From Lepidodermella squamata (lineage: Eukaryota > Animalia > Gastrotricha), in the NCBI GenBank assembly GCA_047495785.1, contig JBLDXI010000001.1, positions 1,240,001 through 1,304,000 of the forward strand: a stretch of 64,000 nt of DNA, read 5' to 3'. Position numbers and translations under genes: made by a program. Position 1 is the stretch's first letter; the number at the start of each line of letters is the position of its first letter. A model generated the notes under the pieces. It was not told where the DNA came from, made no database searches, and was given only the letters and a program-made list of their open reading frames with translations. Shown piece after piece: positions 13,459 to 26,514 of the stretch.

Positions 13459-15629
13459 ATGAAGAAATTTCGGAATCTCAAATGTCGGTCATCGTATTAT
13501 CAGTGTTCGCCAGGGCTCTTGATTTTTCTTCTCATCACATTAACAGTCTTCTTCAATCAACGCCTCATCTCGTCCTTGTCATTGCTACGAAGCTCCAGCC
13601 TAACTTTAGCGAATCATTTGGAGATTTTTGAAAGTCAATTGAATGAAACTGTGAAGACGAAACAAGAGTTCCAGTTGAGCGATCAAGTGAGTGGTGGTCC
13701 TCTCGGTGCTAACAAGTCCGGGAAAATCTCGCCCACACCATTGCCACGAAGCTCCAGCCTAACTTTAGCGAATCATTGGGAGATTTTGGAAAGCCAGTCG
13801 AATGAAACGGCAAAACCGAAACTGGAGTTCGAGTTAAGCAATGATCCTCTATCCGCTAACAAATCAGCTAAAATCTCGCCTTCATCATTGCCACGAAGGT
13901 CCAGCCTAACTGCGACTAACCATCGGAAGATTATTAAAAGCCAATCGAATGAAACTTTGAAGACGAAACAGCAGTCCCGGCAGAGTGATCAAGTGAGTGA
14001 TGGTCCTCTCGGCGCTAACAAATCAGGGAAAATTTCGCCTTCATCGTTCCCACGAAGCTCCAGCTCAAGTGTGACTAATCATCCGAAGATTATTAAAAGC
14101 CAATCGAATGAAACTGTGAAGACGAAAGAACAGTCTCGGCAGAGTGATCCAGTGAGTGTTAGTCCTCTCGGTGCTAACAAATCAGGGAAATTCGCACCTT
14201 CATCGTTGCCACGAAGCTCCAGCCTAACTGTAGCGAATCATTCAGAGATTATTAAAAGCCAGAAGAATGAAACTGTGAAGACGAGTGTTGGTCCTCTCGG
14301 CGCTAACAAATCAGGGAAAAACTCGCCTTCATCGTTGCCACGAAGCTCCAACTCAATTAGTCATTCCAGCTCAACTAATCCTTCGAAGATTATTAAAAGC
14401 CAGACGAATGAAACGGCAAAACCGAAACCAGTGTCCCAGGAGAATCATCAAGTGACTGCTGGTCCTCGCGGTGCTAACACGTCAGGGAAAAACCCGCCTT
14501 CATCGTTGCCACGAAGCTCCAGCTCAGCTGTGACTGCCCATTCGAAGATTATTAAAAGCCTGACGAATGAAACTGTAAAGACGAGTGTTGGTTCTCTCGG
14601 TGCTAACAAAGCGGGGAAAATCTCACCTTCATCGTTGCCACGAAAGTCCAGCATAACTGTAACTAATCATCGGAAGATTACTAAAAGCCCCCCGAAGGTA
14701 ACGGAAAAACCGATACCAGAGTTCGAATTGAGCAGTGATCCTCTCGTTGCTAACAAATCGGGGCCATACTACGCATTTCGACGGGCAATCAGTGATGCGG
14801 AACACGAGGCGTTTCGCTTCACCCTCCGTGGATGCGTCGAACTGCTTCGATTAGCAAATTTGACCAGTTCTTTATTCTTTGGCTCAATGATCGGCTACTA
14901 CCGACACGGTGGCAAAATGATTCCGTGGGACGACGATCTCGATATTGTGATGTTGCCACCTCAACCATCGCAACACGCGCGGTACTATGCGAAACTTCTT
15001 CGGAACGTTTCGAAGTCAAGCGAATCATTCAACGCAACTTTCGGCCAATTCTCTGCCACTAATAATAACTACGACACGGTAAAATGCTACAGCATGTCTA
15101 GTAATTATTCGGTGCAAACGAAAGGCCACGACTGGAGGTGGCCTTTCGTCGATTTTTTCGTCATGGAGGCGGCTTCATCGGTCAATGCAAGCTTGAGGAT
15201 TACAGACTTTGATGACTTCGATTCCATCCCTCAAAGTCACAACATTTCGGATGTTGCAATAAGACGATATAGGTACTCGGGGAGGATGGTTAGACAAGTT
15301 TTATTTATTTAAAAATAATGTAATGTTTTGCTTCTCGTCAACAGTGCGCGTATCCTTACGAATTGATCTTTCCTCTTCAACCTGTTGAGTTCGAGGGTGT
15401 CAAAATGATGGCGCCTCGAAAAATGAAGAAGATACTGATTGACTGGTTTAATTACACTAAATGTCACGGTAAGATTTGCTGCCTTATTGATTACAGAAGA
15501 GGATGTTTTCTCTCTATAACAGCTCGCTCTTATGACCATCGAAATGAAATATCGAAACCTTCTAACAACAAAATCAAAGTTGACTGCAAGCTTTTGAAGC
15601 CGTACTACAATTTTACGAATTTGAAATAA
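13459..15629 (+). CDS. LicD/fukutin-family phosphotransferase (copy 2) with repeat-expanded stem, 3 exons
   Basis: GSMIGYYRHGGKMIPWDDDLDI; catalytic region highly similar to copy 1 with the same exon layout; ends KPYYNFTNLK*. Confidence 0.88.
13567..14763 (+). repeat. Eight in-frame coding tandem repeats (~43-57 aa each)
   Basis: Unit SLPRSSSLTxxNHxxIIKSQxNETxKxK...PLGANKSGK occurs 8 times; once in copy 1. Confidence 0.9.
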
Positions 15630-15709
15630 TAAAATGTATTTTCGGTGTTTCCTTCATTTCGAAATAAAGGTCCAAATGGCTGTGTAAGGAGTCAAAAATG
15701 TTCAACGCC

Positions 15710-15781
15710 AGGCCCAGGCGGGAATTGAACCCGCGATCTTCTGTTTACGAGACAGACGCTCTACCACTAAGCTACTGAGCC
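15710..15781 (-). tRNA. tRNA-Thr (anticodon CGT)
   Basis: Reverse complement GGCTCAG-TA-GCTT-AGTGGT-AGAGC-G-TCTGT-CT-CGT-AA-ACAGA-AGATC-GCGGG-TTCAATT-CCCGC-CTGGGCC-T folds as a 72-nt cloverleaf. Confidence 0.95.
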
Positions 15782-16116
15782 TTGCCTGTCACGGAAATCA
15801 CGGGGGAAATTGATGAAAACGTTAATCAGTTTATTTTACATGCGTCGTCCACCTTATAATCATGAGCGGTCAGTAGTAAGCAGAATCTTGCTTACTTTTA
15901 GTATAAAGAATGCAGTGTCTCTGAGGCTTGAAACCAGTCAGGTGGGATTGGTTCGTTTCACGCGCAATGCGCTAAATTGTAGTTTGAATGCTAATGAGTG
16001 TATGCGTAGGAATGAAGCGTAAATGCAAATTTAGCTTCGTTTGAGAATCTGCTTATTATTTTCAAGCGCTGTACCTGTAGAGCCGCCTTAATATTTTAGA
16101 AATCATTATATCGAAA

Positions 16117-17088
16117 ATGTGTTCGCGCGAATATTTGCGGCAACACTTTGTTGTATTCAACGCAGTTATGATGGTTGGTCCCAACCTTCCCTACAAATAA
16201 TTTACCGATTTTTAAATTCAAGGTAGTCGCTCTGGTTTTGATAGCGATCGGGTCTTGGATTTTGTCGTCGAAAAACGACAAAACCGGCGATGCAAATACC
16301 ACAGACGCCACGACCCAGCTCAACCAGACTAGCAATCTAGTGAAAGGAATGGCCATCGCTTGCCTAGTCATCGGCTGCTTCAGCCTTTTCGCTATCATTC
16401 TCGGCTATTTCGGAGCTTATCGCGAGAACAAACAAGTCTTGAAAATTGTAAAATTTACTTATTTGAAATTACTTATGAATTATGATATATATCGAAAATT
16501 TCAGTTTGCGATCATGTTGACTGCGTTGTTTGTAGCCACCCTAGTCTGTGGTTTTGTCTCGGTTATGCGCCAAGAATGGGTTCAGGGCTTGCTCAGAGTT
16601 TCGCTCAAAAACGAAGTCGCGGCCAAAAATGCAACTGAGCAAGTTTTGCTGACTTACGCAAACAAAAAGGTTTTTCGCCATTTTTGCTCGAAAAATAACT
16701 AATTCTTATTTTTTTTTGCTGTAGTATGGTTGCTGTGGCATTGATTCGATGAAAGTTTGCGACATGAATTACCCACCCGCCGGGAAGTGCCTCATTGGCT
16801 CGCCATCATGTGGCATGGTAAGAACAATGAAAAAGCTAAGAAATGTATTCAATTTTTTCAATATCAGGGTTGCCTTCCTGTTCTCTGGAAGAACGCTTTC
16901 GCCCCGTATTTAACTGCAGCTGGAGTTATGCTTTTCATTCTTTCTGGCGTTTTGGTAAGTTGTGGCCGTTTCAAAATACAGATTTAGCCTGAATTATTTT
17001 CATACTATAGGCTTACGGCCTTTTACTGGCCTTTTGCATTAGCCGATCAATAGTTAACAAAACTGACTATTCGTATTTCGGCAATTGA
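16117..17088 (+). CDS. Tetraspanin TSP-1
   Basis: Spliced 4-TM protein starting MCSREYLRQHFVVFN; GYFGAYREN; EC2 YGCCGIDSMKVCDMNYPPAGKCLIGSPSCGMGCL. Confidence 0.85.
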
Positions 17089-19417
17089 CCGAGCCTCAAA
17101 AGTCGAATCATACGGCTATTTACTGTAAAACAATTTGATCAATAAAGAACTTGTAATTTGTTGACTTTTTGAATTTTTGTAAAATGGATGAAGTTTAAAT
17201 AATGAATAATTTTTGCATTTTCTAGAACTTTTGGAGTTTTATCGTCAATCTGCACACGACACGCCGCCATCTTTGCTACTATGTGGCATATAGCGTGGCA
17301 GGTATGGCATAATATAGCACTGTAAAAGCTGCCAGCATATATTCTGAGAGCGTTCAATAAATAAATAAAATAGAAGAAAAAATCCTAAGGTGTGTGCACC
17401 CGCGCATAAAAGTGTGTGCACTTTTTTACGAAAAACCTGCCGTGATATTTCATATACACACTCAAGGTGTACATTTTTTACAGGCTCATGCGACATCACG
17501 CATATTGTTTAAGAGCCCACATTATTGCAATATCAAGGTTTGACGCAAACTGTGGCCCTTTAAACCTCATTCAATTCAATCTTTTTATTGGCATGTTTAG
17601 TCAACGTTTAGCTATTATTTTTTCCTGGAATGGCGATTGTTATTATTGATCCTAAGGTGTGCTGGCGAAAATTAATTACTATGAAACTTGCTAAATCCGG
17701 GTTTTCGTCACTATCAAACATGAATTTTATTCCGCTGCTCTCTTAATCATTTCCGTCAAATATCTGAACCCGTTATTCCGTTGCCAATACTGTTGTAGTA
17801 GCAATTATTATAGAACAAATAGAAACCCGAACATTGGGCGATGTAAAAAAAGTGCAGGTGCGTCAAGTATATTAACCCAGCCGCTATTTTCTCTCCATAG
17901 TGACAGAAAAGCCATGTGTAAACATATACCAAGTAAGTAAGAAGTAACATGCGTGAGGTGTAGCTTTACTTAGCTATAACATTTACAATATATAAAGCAT
18001 CTAAAACTATTGATAGAATCACGCTTCATATCTGCCACGATTTTTGCAAAAATATAATATGTATTCAGTGCAATTTTATTGGTTCTTTCTATCTGGTCCC
18101 ATGCTTTTAATTCGACTCTAATGAACATTGTATACTTAGCGTCTTTTTTACGTATATTTGCAGATTTAGTCAGCGATGACGTAAGTCACCTGGCTATAGA
18201 ATGAATGGATTAATTTCACCCTCATCTCTGGTAGCAGGTAGTAAAAAAAATGATGCATCACGTATATAATATGTGCTCGTATACGGTGAATCACCTCGAC
18301 AATAAGCATGACTGAAGCTTGAATATGTCTCTAGTAGCGCATATTTTATTAACGCTGTATTTTTGAGCTGATTACTTGTTCGTGTATTTCGTATACTATT
18401 GTATTTTCTATTCCCTACTAACTATCGATTCTCACCTATAAGGGATTATTAGTCAGGGCTTCATTTGCACTAAGTTTCAAGTGAAAAAATTCGAAAATTT
18501 AGCTTTTATTGTTCTAGCAGGCTTATCAACGGAAATGAATTTTTTACGCTTCTAATCCCGAATCTATAGGTAAATCTGAACTAGGGTCATTTGGCGCAAT
18601 TAGCTAGGCAATTGAGTTAGTTCAAAATGCAGGTATAATACAGGATCAAGTAGCTTGAGCGGGTGGCGTAGTAGGGACATGTATACTGTAAGCTCGCCGG
18701 AATTATTGTTGTGATAAACCGAAAATTGTCTGTGTTTGTGTCGGCGGCGCTTGTTTAGTTCGACCGTAAAAAACTGGCATTTTTAATGCTATTATTTCGC
18801 ATCATTTACCTCTTGGCGATGGGCACTTGAAAGCATTAGTATATATAGTAAAGTAGAAAATGAGGGCTTTTGGTTTTTCTCCCCTATTATATAGTCGAGC
18901 TGTATGAATATTACAACTCATTTTTCAGGCCCTACCTGCTGTTTAACAATACGCTAGTCTGTCTACGCCCGGTTTAATGTCACAGTAAAAGTGGCCCAGC
19001 GCGGCGTGCGCGTGCTGTAGAGGCACTCAAGCGCGCTAGAATCCTATTTTTATTACGCGCGGCCAGCGACTCGGCGCTAGATGGCGCAGGTTAGGGTGCG
19101 TGCAAAACTACGATATAGGAAAAAGGTATTGCAAGAAAATGAATATCTACCACTATTATTATGAAAAAAATACGCCCTGCTACTACTTACCTGTCCTATT
19201 AATACAGTGCACATTATTTTGCTGCCAATAATTATTATTTTATCAATTCCGGGAAGTAAATGTGCTATTTTTTTCTAAATCGTGCTCTTTAACCCTTGAA
19301 CATCTTTTTGGTGGGTACCTTTAATATGGCGTAGGTGCACTTTTGACGGAATTTAATAATAAATAAAGAAGCGTGTGAAAAAAATCCTGCGGTCACGAAG
19401 CGACGCCTTAATTGTCG

Positions 19418-19440
19418 TTATTATTATTATTATTATTATT
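19418..19440. repeat. (TTA)n microsatellite
   Basis: About 7.5 consecutive TTA units. Confidence 0.85.
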
Positions 19441-19981
19441 TTAGCATAAAAACTGAGGCTGAAATGACCCGGTGAAAGCCTAGAGCATACCTACTTTTAA
19501 CATCAACAATTTTATTTATTATTTGCTTGGCCGTCTCTATCTACCGTGCAGTGATGATGTCACCGCCAGCCTGCTGCCTTTTCGTCACCATGCGCTCTCT
19601 CATGACTTTGTAGCAAAAATAATAATATCATATATCACAGCTTTGTAACTATTTTATAGATATTCCAACGCTGTTATTTACAGTTATTATTTTCGGAAAA
19701 ATGCCAACAACGCGAGGTTATTGTGTCACTTCTGTGAGAAGTCGCAAAAAATCGGCGGCGGCCTACTGCCGTGCGGCACAAAAAGCAGCTGAAAAATGAC
19801 AACAATATTACAGCGCAAGTTGACTGCGAGAACAATAACAACTCTACTGCTATCATCTTGATAGCCACTACAACAATTGGCACAAAACAGTCGAAAACAT
19901 TAACCGTAAAAAATCAACTTAATTATTGAGGTTATAGAATCAGGTAAATATTTGTTTTCCGCATTTCCTAGGTCAAGAGAA

Positions 19982-21537
19982 ATGTCCGAAGAAGGCAATC
20001 GAAGGTTGGCCGCGATGAGGCGAATCGCCGTCGTAGTAATTTGTGTCAACATCTTCTTGGGCGTAAGCCAATTAATTGAGACCTACGCTTTGAAATTTAA
20101 TTAAAATTATTTCTATAGGTATTCGGTTTTACCGCAGTGGGCGTCTCAGTGTGGGCCATAACGAAAACGCCGCAATTTATCGACTACGTCACGGTCCATG
20201 TCCCACCCGCGGTTGAGATGCGCCATTTCTCAGGCGCGGGAACTGATGAGCAAAGCGTTCGCATTTTTGCGATTATTGCCCTCGCAGCTGGCACGTGCCT
20301 GGTTTTATCATCCTTAGCCTCTGTTATTGGAGCTATAAGAATGTCTCTGTTCCTCATAGGAGCGGTGAGTCGGCTCAATTTCATGCGAATCTGTTATACC
20401 CACCCATTTTTCTACCAGCATCTCTTCCTGATTTTTGCGCTGCTGTTTGGGCTGGGATTCATGGTTTTCTTCGTGTTTTTATTTGGAGATGAGGTTAAAC
20501 ACTTGACTGTTATTTTGTATCGGTATAATTCCTTACGTTTGTGTTTTGTTTTACAGCTGCAAAGTATGTCTAAACTGATCTATAATATTGATGGCGACTC
20601 TAAAATGGCAATTTATCGATTACAGTCTTGCCTGGTCACTCATTTTTTATTTACAACACGGAGAAATACAAGAAACAGTTGAAGGTCGAAATGGCTGTTG
20701 AATTGCTGCTTAATCGCAAAGACGGCTACCTGGTCTACGCAAATCGAAAGGTAGTTTATTTTTCCGCAGGAATAATTAGGTCAAATCTGAATCTTTTTGT
20801 GCTATTCGCAAATTTTTGAGATGGATTTTATAATATTTTGTAGAATTTCGCTATTCAAATAACTCATTCGTATCTGGGAACAAAAAAAATCGAATTCAAT
20901 TTCCTAATATCGGAAATCCTTGGCTGGCTATACTCAAACTATAGTCGTAAAAAACGTATAGAGTGTACAAATAAAATTTATCCGAAACAAGGCTATATTA
21001 AATTCTCAAAAAATTAAATTGCAATTGTTTTTTAAATATTTTTTATATTTTAGTTCAATTGCTGCGGCATCGACAAAAGTGCAAATAGTTCTGGGATTTG
21101 CGAGCATGCTTATCCGCCTCTTGAGAAGTGCGCAAAAGGCTCGCCTAATTGCGCCCGCGGCTGCTTCGAGCCATTCTACAAATCCGTCTACCTATTCACC
21201 CTCGGCACTGGCATAGCCGTAGTCTCATCTCTCGCTCTATTGGTATGATATTTATGTCACACGCATATAAAAATGACCTAACTGAATGTGACCCAATTAA
21301 TTCACACCACAGCTCTTCACCGCGCTATTCGGCTGGATTTTATACCGTTTGACGAGTACAAAAAAGGTGGCCGATGTCAAAGCGGTCGAAAAATCGTCGA
21401 GTAAAACCAGCGAATCAGAGTACAGCACGCAGTTGCAGATCAGCGAAGCCACGGCTCGGCGCTTGCGGGAACGGCGCCTCGAGCAGCAATTCCAGCGAAA
21501 TTTCAGCAGCGCCTATCTTCAACATAATGACGCATAG
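19982..21537 (+). CDS. Tetraspanin TSP-2 (7-nt micro-exon, long C-tail)
   Basis: MSEEGNRRL...; 4 TM; EC2 FNCCGIDKSANSSGICEHAYPPLEKCAKGSPNCARGCF; tail ends LQHNDA*. Confidence 0.8.
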
Positions 21538-21689
21538 ACTGCTCATCAATTCTTCCTTATATTCCTCTTTCTAAATTATTTGTTCAAACACTATGGGTTG
21601 CTCAATAATTTTTCGCTGTATTTTATATTTTTTTATTAATTTAGGAATTTATATTAAGAAAAGCCGGTTAATAGCAGGAACCTTCGAAA

Positions 21690-22784
21690 ATGGCTGCATC
21701 TGGGTGTGGTTGTTGTCTAAAAATTACAGTTTTCATAACCAATCTTCTACTTACGGTATTTTTTGAAAAAATTCATTTTAAAGTTTTTATTATTCCTTCG
21801 CCAATTTAATAGCTCATTGGAGCTGCGATGATCGCTATTGGAGCTTGGATGTTAGCGAGACCTGAGCAGTTTGTACTGGTCGTCTCCACTCGAATGCCTT
21901 ACGAAATTACTTACATGGCAATGCCGAATGGGTACGAGGAGAATACCATTAAAGTTCTCGGCATTATCGGCATCGTCTCGGGCGCCGTTCTCTTCATCGC
22001 CGGCATCCTCGGCTGTGCTGGGTCGCTAGCTGAAAATCGCATTGTACTTTCATTGGTAAAAAAATTGAAAAAAATGGTCTCAAATTGTTGAATTAATTTT
22101 CTAAAGAATTTCTTGTTACTGCTGCTGCTATTTCTCGGAATTTTATTCCTAGTATTTTTCGTTTTCCTATTCGGCGAAGAATTGAAACGTGAGTTTAAGA
22201 TCCTAATACTATGAGGATTTTCTTAAATGTTGTTTAATTTCCAGTCACCCACAATTACTCATATTTCCGGGAGAAAGAGGTATTTCATCAAATTTCAAGT
22301 CCTAAACACCTTAAAAATGTGTGATGTTTAGTATCGGCAAATGATTATCAACCAAATGGAGGATGAGATTGTGACCGGCAAGGAGGAAGGTCTGTTAAGC
22401 GTAGCGTATGCCGACTTCGAGTGCTGCGGAATCTACAACGCTCCAAACGGAACGTGTACCGATACCATTGTTCCAACATCGAAATGCATAAGAGGCTCCT
22501 CGCTTTGTAGAAAGGTTGGAACAAGACTATAATTTCGACAGAACTGATTAATAATCTCTAATTTTACATAGGGATGTTTGGAGCCCGTCGTCAGTGTGAT
22601 GAAGAACATGTCTTTCGGTGTGGGCATTGGCGTGCTAGTAACAGGAGCAATTTTGGTGAATTTCGTCTAATTTTTCCAACAACCTTTTTTATTATGTCTT
22701 TCGATATAGATTATTGCAATGATCCTTACCATGTTACAATGCTGTTCCCTGAGAAGTCGGGCGTCAGACTATCTTGACGATTGA
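21690..22784 (+). CDS. Tetraspanin TSP-3
   Basis: MAASGCGCCLKITVFITNLL; GILGCAGSLAEN; EC2 FECCGIYNAPNGTCTDTIVPTSKCIRGSSLCRKGCL. Confidence 0.85.
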
Positions 22785-23979
22785 ATCTAGTTTCGATTTA
22801 TTCACTTTCCAATATAAAACAGTGCGACTTGTTTTTCAACAAATGACGGAATTTATTATTTCGAAAATAATTATCTATTAACTGCGCTGCTTGATATATA
22901 AACCGCCATATTTGAACGTAACAAATGACGATATGGCAAATTTCTATCGATTCGGCTTGAAATTTTCAAGAAATGTGGCGATGAGAAAGCGGCCAAAAGT
23001 TTCTATGAATCACCACATTTCTTTGCTCACACTCTAGAAAAGCCATCGAATCGATATTATTGTTTATGACTGACCGATTTTATATTCGTTTGAATTTTAT
23101 TGCGCTCCCCGTGGTTGTAAATAGAAAATCTATGATGCCTTTTATACACTCCTTTCGGCCAACCGCGAGTGACTTATATTTCGGTTATTTTTACCTCGCT
23201 TATCTATCCTGTGAAACTTCTAACTTGGGAGTTTTGCGAATCTCCTTATAGAAACTTGATTGCGAGGTGCTTCAATCGGATGATGATTTTGTTAATTTAA
23301 CATGATATCGAAGATTTGCAATTTATATTCATGCTACATATAAAAGAAATCATGACAAATGCCGTAAAAGTATGAAATGCAGATAGCTGGATTGTTAAAT
23401 GGAAGTATGCTGCTTTTTTTTGAAAAAAATACGGAAATAAAGAATGGATTGTGTAATAATTTGTTTGCGTTTTTTTACCTGGCTTTGGCATTCGCTTATC
23501 AATCGATCTAATGAGATGCGTATAGGTAAAAGGCAAGAGTCAGACTTATCAGCGGAACCTACGTCAGTTTTTAGCCAAATCTTGATTTCTTATGCTTGTT
23601 ATCCAGCTCAAAATTGCGTAGAAGGTTAAACCTGTGATCCAGACTGAATCTTTCCAGGTGGTAATTAGTTTCTCTTTTAATCAGGGGCTGGGAGCAGAAC
23701 ACCAAAAAATCATTAAAAATTAATCATTTTAGATCGTTGAAACAGATTCTCATTTTTTATCGATTGCTCATCCCATCAGGCGATTTGTTTATCGTGAGAA
23801 AATATTTCGCACGCGTCATGTTACACCCATGTCTTGTCGCGTGCTTTTGGTGCCAAAAACATGAATGAGAGACCAATTTTCTTCATGGAAACTAACAGCA
23901 GGATTCATAATGCAAAAAATATTCGAATTTTTCATTAAATCAAGATTTTTCGGATTTTTACACGTTCAACGAGTAAACT

Positions 23980-25292
23980 ATGTGCAGAGGTGATGTCATC
24001 CTACTGCTTCATTTCGGCGCGATATCCATGGTTTGATATTTCGGAAATGGGATATATGAGAGACACGCCCTTTTTTGCTCAGGTTATTGGTGCCACTTTA
24101 ACCTTGGGAGCCGGTTATTTTCTGGTCAGCTACGAAAGTGCGATGAGATGGCTGTTCGCCCCGTTCGCAATTGTCAGCTTCGTGATAGGTTCCATCACGA
24201 TCGTCATTGGAATTTCGAGCTTCGTCGCCATCAAACACACCAGTGAATGCTTCAGGACTGCGGTTGGGACATTTCGTGCTGAATTTTCTTTTAAATTTTT
24301 CAAGAATTCAAATTTCAGGTCTTTGTTGCTTTCATCCTTGTTTTGGCATCTCTTGTGACAATTAGCGCTATAGCAGTGGTTAACAAAGTCGAGGTAATTT
24401 ATATATATGAATTCAATTAATCGTTCGGAATTTACTTTTGTATAGGCTTATGAGTTCATCAATCACGCAATGCGGCAAGAATCGCTTACAATGAGTGAAA
24501 ATGGCATTCTAGCTTTCGCTCACAGAAAGGTGGGTTCGATTTGTCGTTATTGTGCGTTTTATAATCCCGTTAATTACTATAGTTCAATTGTTGCGGACAT
24601 GGTCTGAATGTTACCAGGTGCACTCAATCGTACCCTCCGATTTCAAAATGCTACAGAGGATCTCCGTTGTGTTCGAAAGTTGGTTTCAATCTTTGAACCC
24701 ATAGCTTCGAAATGCCTAATTTTCCAGAGCTGTTTGGCGTCCTTATGGGGCGAAGTTATCGAACCAATTTTGGATGGCATGGCCATTCAACTCTTGATAA
24801 TTTGCGGTCTTATGGTAATTTTCGCGATGAAAATATTATTTCACTGAATGTTTTTTTATAGTTTTCAAGTATTTTCCTCTACGTTTGTTTATGCACAACC
24901 CATCGAACCCCTTTGAAGCACGTAATAAGGCGCCTTTCTCGAAACAGCCTTTTCGCTAATAATGACAGCCGAATCCTAACTCTGGAGAATATTTCAACAA
25001 TTTGTGGGTTGAAATTTGTGTTCAATTTTTTTTAATCATAATTTTTTTAATAGCTAAGCCGAACAGCTATCAAGACCACGCTCGGTCGGAATCTCTAATA
25101 ATGCTGCGACGTAGCCTTATTTTGGAACGGCGCCAATCTTTTCAGCAACAGCAACAGCAACAGCAACAACTTGCTTTTCGATCGCCATCCGTAAGCAGTT
25201 TAACAGTACAAATCGTCGAGCGGCTATTTTCGCGCGTTCGAACCGTGCGCCAGGCGAACCGCAGCCGTACGACAAGCAGCAGCAGTGCGTGA
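23980..25292 (+). CDS. Tetraspanin TSP-4 with putative long polyQ-containing C-tail
   Basis: MCRGDVILLLHFG...; EC2 FNCCGHGLNVTRCTQSYPPISKCYRGSPLCSKSCL; the last exon (~25053-25292) is joined by a predicted intron and is less certain. Confidence 0.75.
25143..25169 (+). repeat. (CAGCAA)n repeat encoding Q9
   Basis: cagcaacagcaacagcaacagcaacaa. Confidence 0.85.
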
Positions 25293-25576
25293 ATCATCGC
25301 GTGCCGCAATTGCGCAACACACACTCAGCTGGTCGCCTGCTGTTTACGATATGGATGACTCGTCGCCATCAGCACGCGACGCTAATCATCAAGCACACGC
25401 GCGTCTTCAAAAACATTTTCATTTCTAAAATTCAAGTTGTGGAATTATTTTTTGCTTCCTTACTAAGGCTACAACAATGCGGTGGCATTGGGTTTTACAA
25501 TTTTCTATTTTCAGTTTTTCTATAATAAATTGTCTGAAATGCAAACAAAATTCACATATTTTAGATCATCCGTAAA

Positions 25577-26380
25577 ATGTGTGATAGGAAGACCCTTCGT
25601 TTATCGATTATCGTTGTTAACGCCGTTTTTCTCTTCTTGGCGCTGATACTTGCCTACAATGGTGGCTGGATTTTCGCTCGATTCATGTCAACTTTACACG
25701 ATAGCCCGCCTGAATTCGGCGACGAGAACCTTCTCGTTATTCACGTTTCAATTACAGCCATGACAATCGGCTTGATCGCAGCTGCTGTCAGTATTCTAGG
25801 CTGGTTTGGGGCGGCGAAAGAATGCAGACCAGTTCTAGCTTGGGTTAGAACATTTAATTTAAATTTATTCGAATTTATCCAATTTTTTTAGTTTGTAATT
25901 CTAATGATTGCGGGTTTCCTCGCTATGTCGATATTCGGCGTTGTGGGAGTTTCGCGTTATCGTCTGCTCAACGATGTTGTTCGAACGACTCTTGAAGCTG
26001 ACATTTCGAGTAATGGTACAAAAGGAAGTTTAATGAAACTCGCTCATAGCCGATACAACTGTTGCGGGATCGACAACGAGGCGAAATGCGATCGTGATTA
26101 TCCACCCTACGGCAAAAATGGGACTTCAAAATGCCCGATGGGATCGTCACTTTGCCAACGCGGATGTTTACACCCCTTACTGGAAAACGTCTTCATGCTT
26201 CCTTACATCTTTGGCTGCTCTCTTGTTCAATTTATTCTTTCTTTAATATCGGTAAAAAAATCCGCCTTAAAATATTTTTTATAATTATTTTTCAATTTTT
26301 TTCAGCTGATTTTGGTGGCAATGGCAGCGGCGCTAATTGGCAGAATCACTCAACGAGTCGATTACGTTGTAATTGAATGA
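25577..26380 (+). CDS. Tetraspanin TSP-5 (3 exons)
   Basis: ILGWFGAAKEC; EC2 YNCCGIDNEAKCDRDYPPYGKNGTSKCPMGSSLCQRGCL. Confidence 0.88.
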
Positions 26381-26514
26381 AAAACCACTCATCGAACTAA
26401 TCCTACTCATTTCAATTTCAACATTTTGTTATTCGATTAAATTTTGATTTTTTTGGGAAAATTATTCGTAATTAGTCATTTTTTATACCGAGTTTTTTTC
26501 ACCCATTGCTGAAA

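Noticed and set aside
13567-14763. Repeat-spacer appearance suggestive of a CRISPR array
   Set aside because: Degenerate in-frame coding repeats inside a eukaryotic gene; no cas genes.
9221-15629. Bacterial origin of the LicD genes or NIT-like cyclases by recent HGT or contamination
   Set aside because: Both have spliceosomal introns and host-like composition, and both families are already known in animals.
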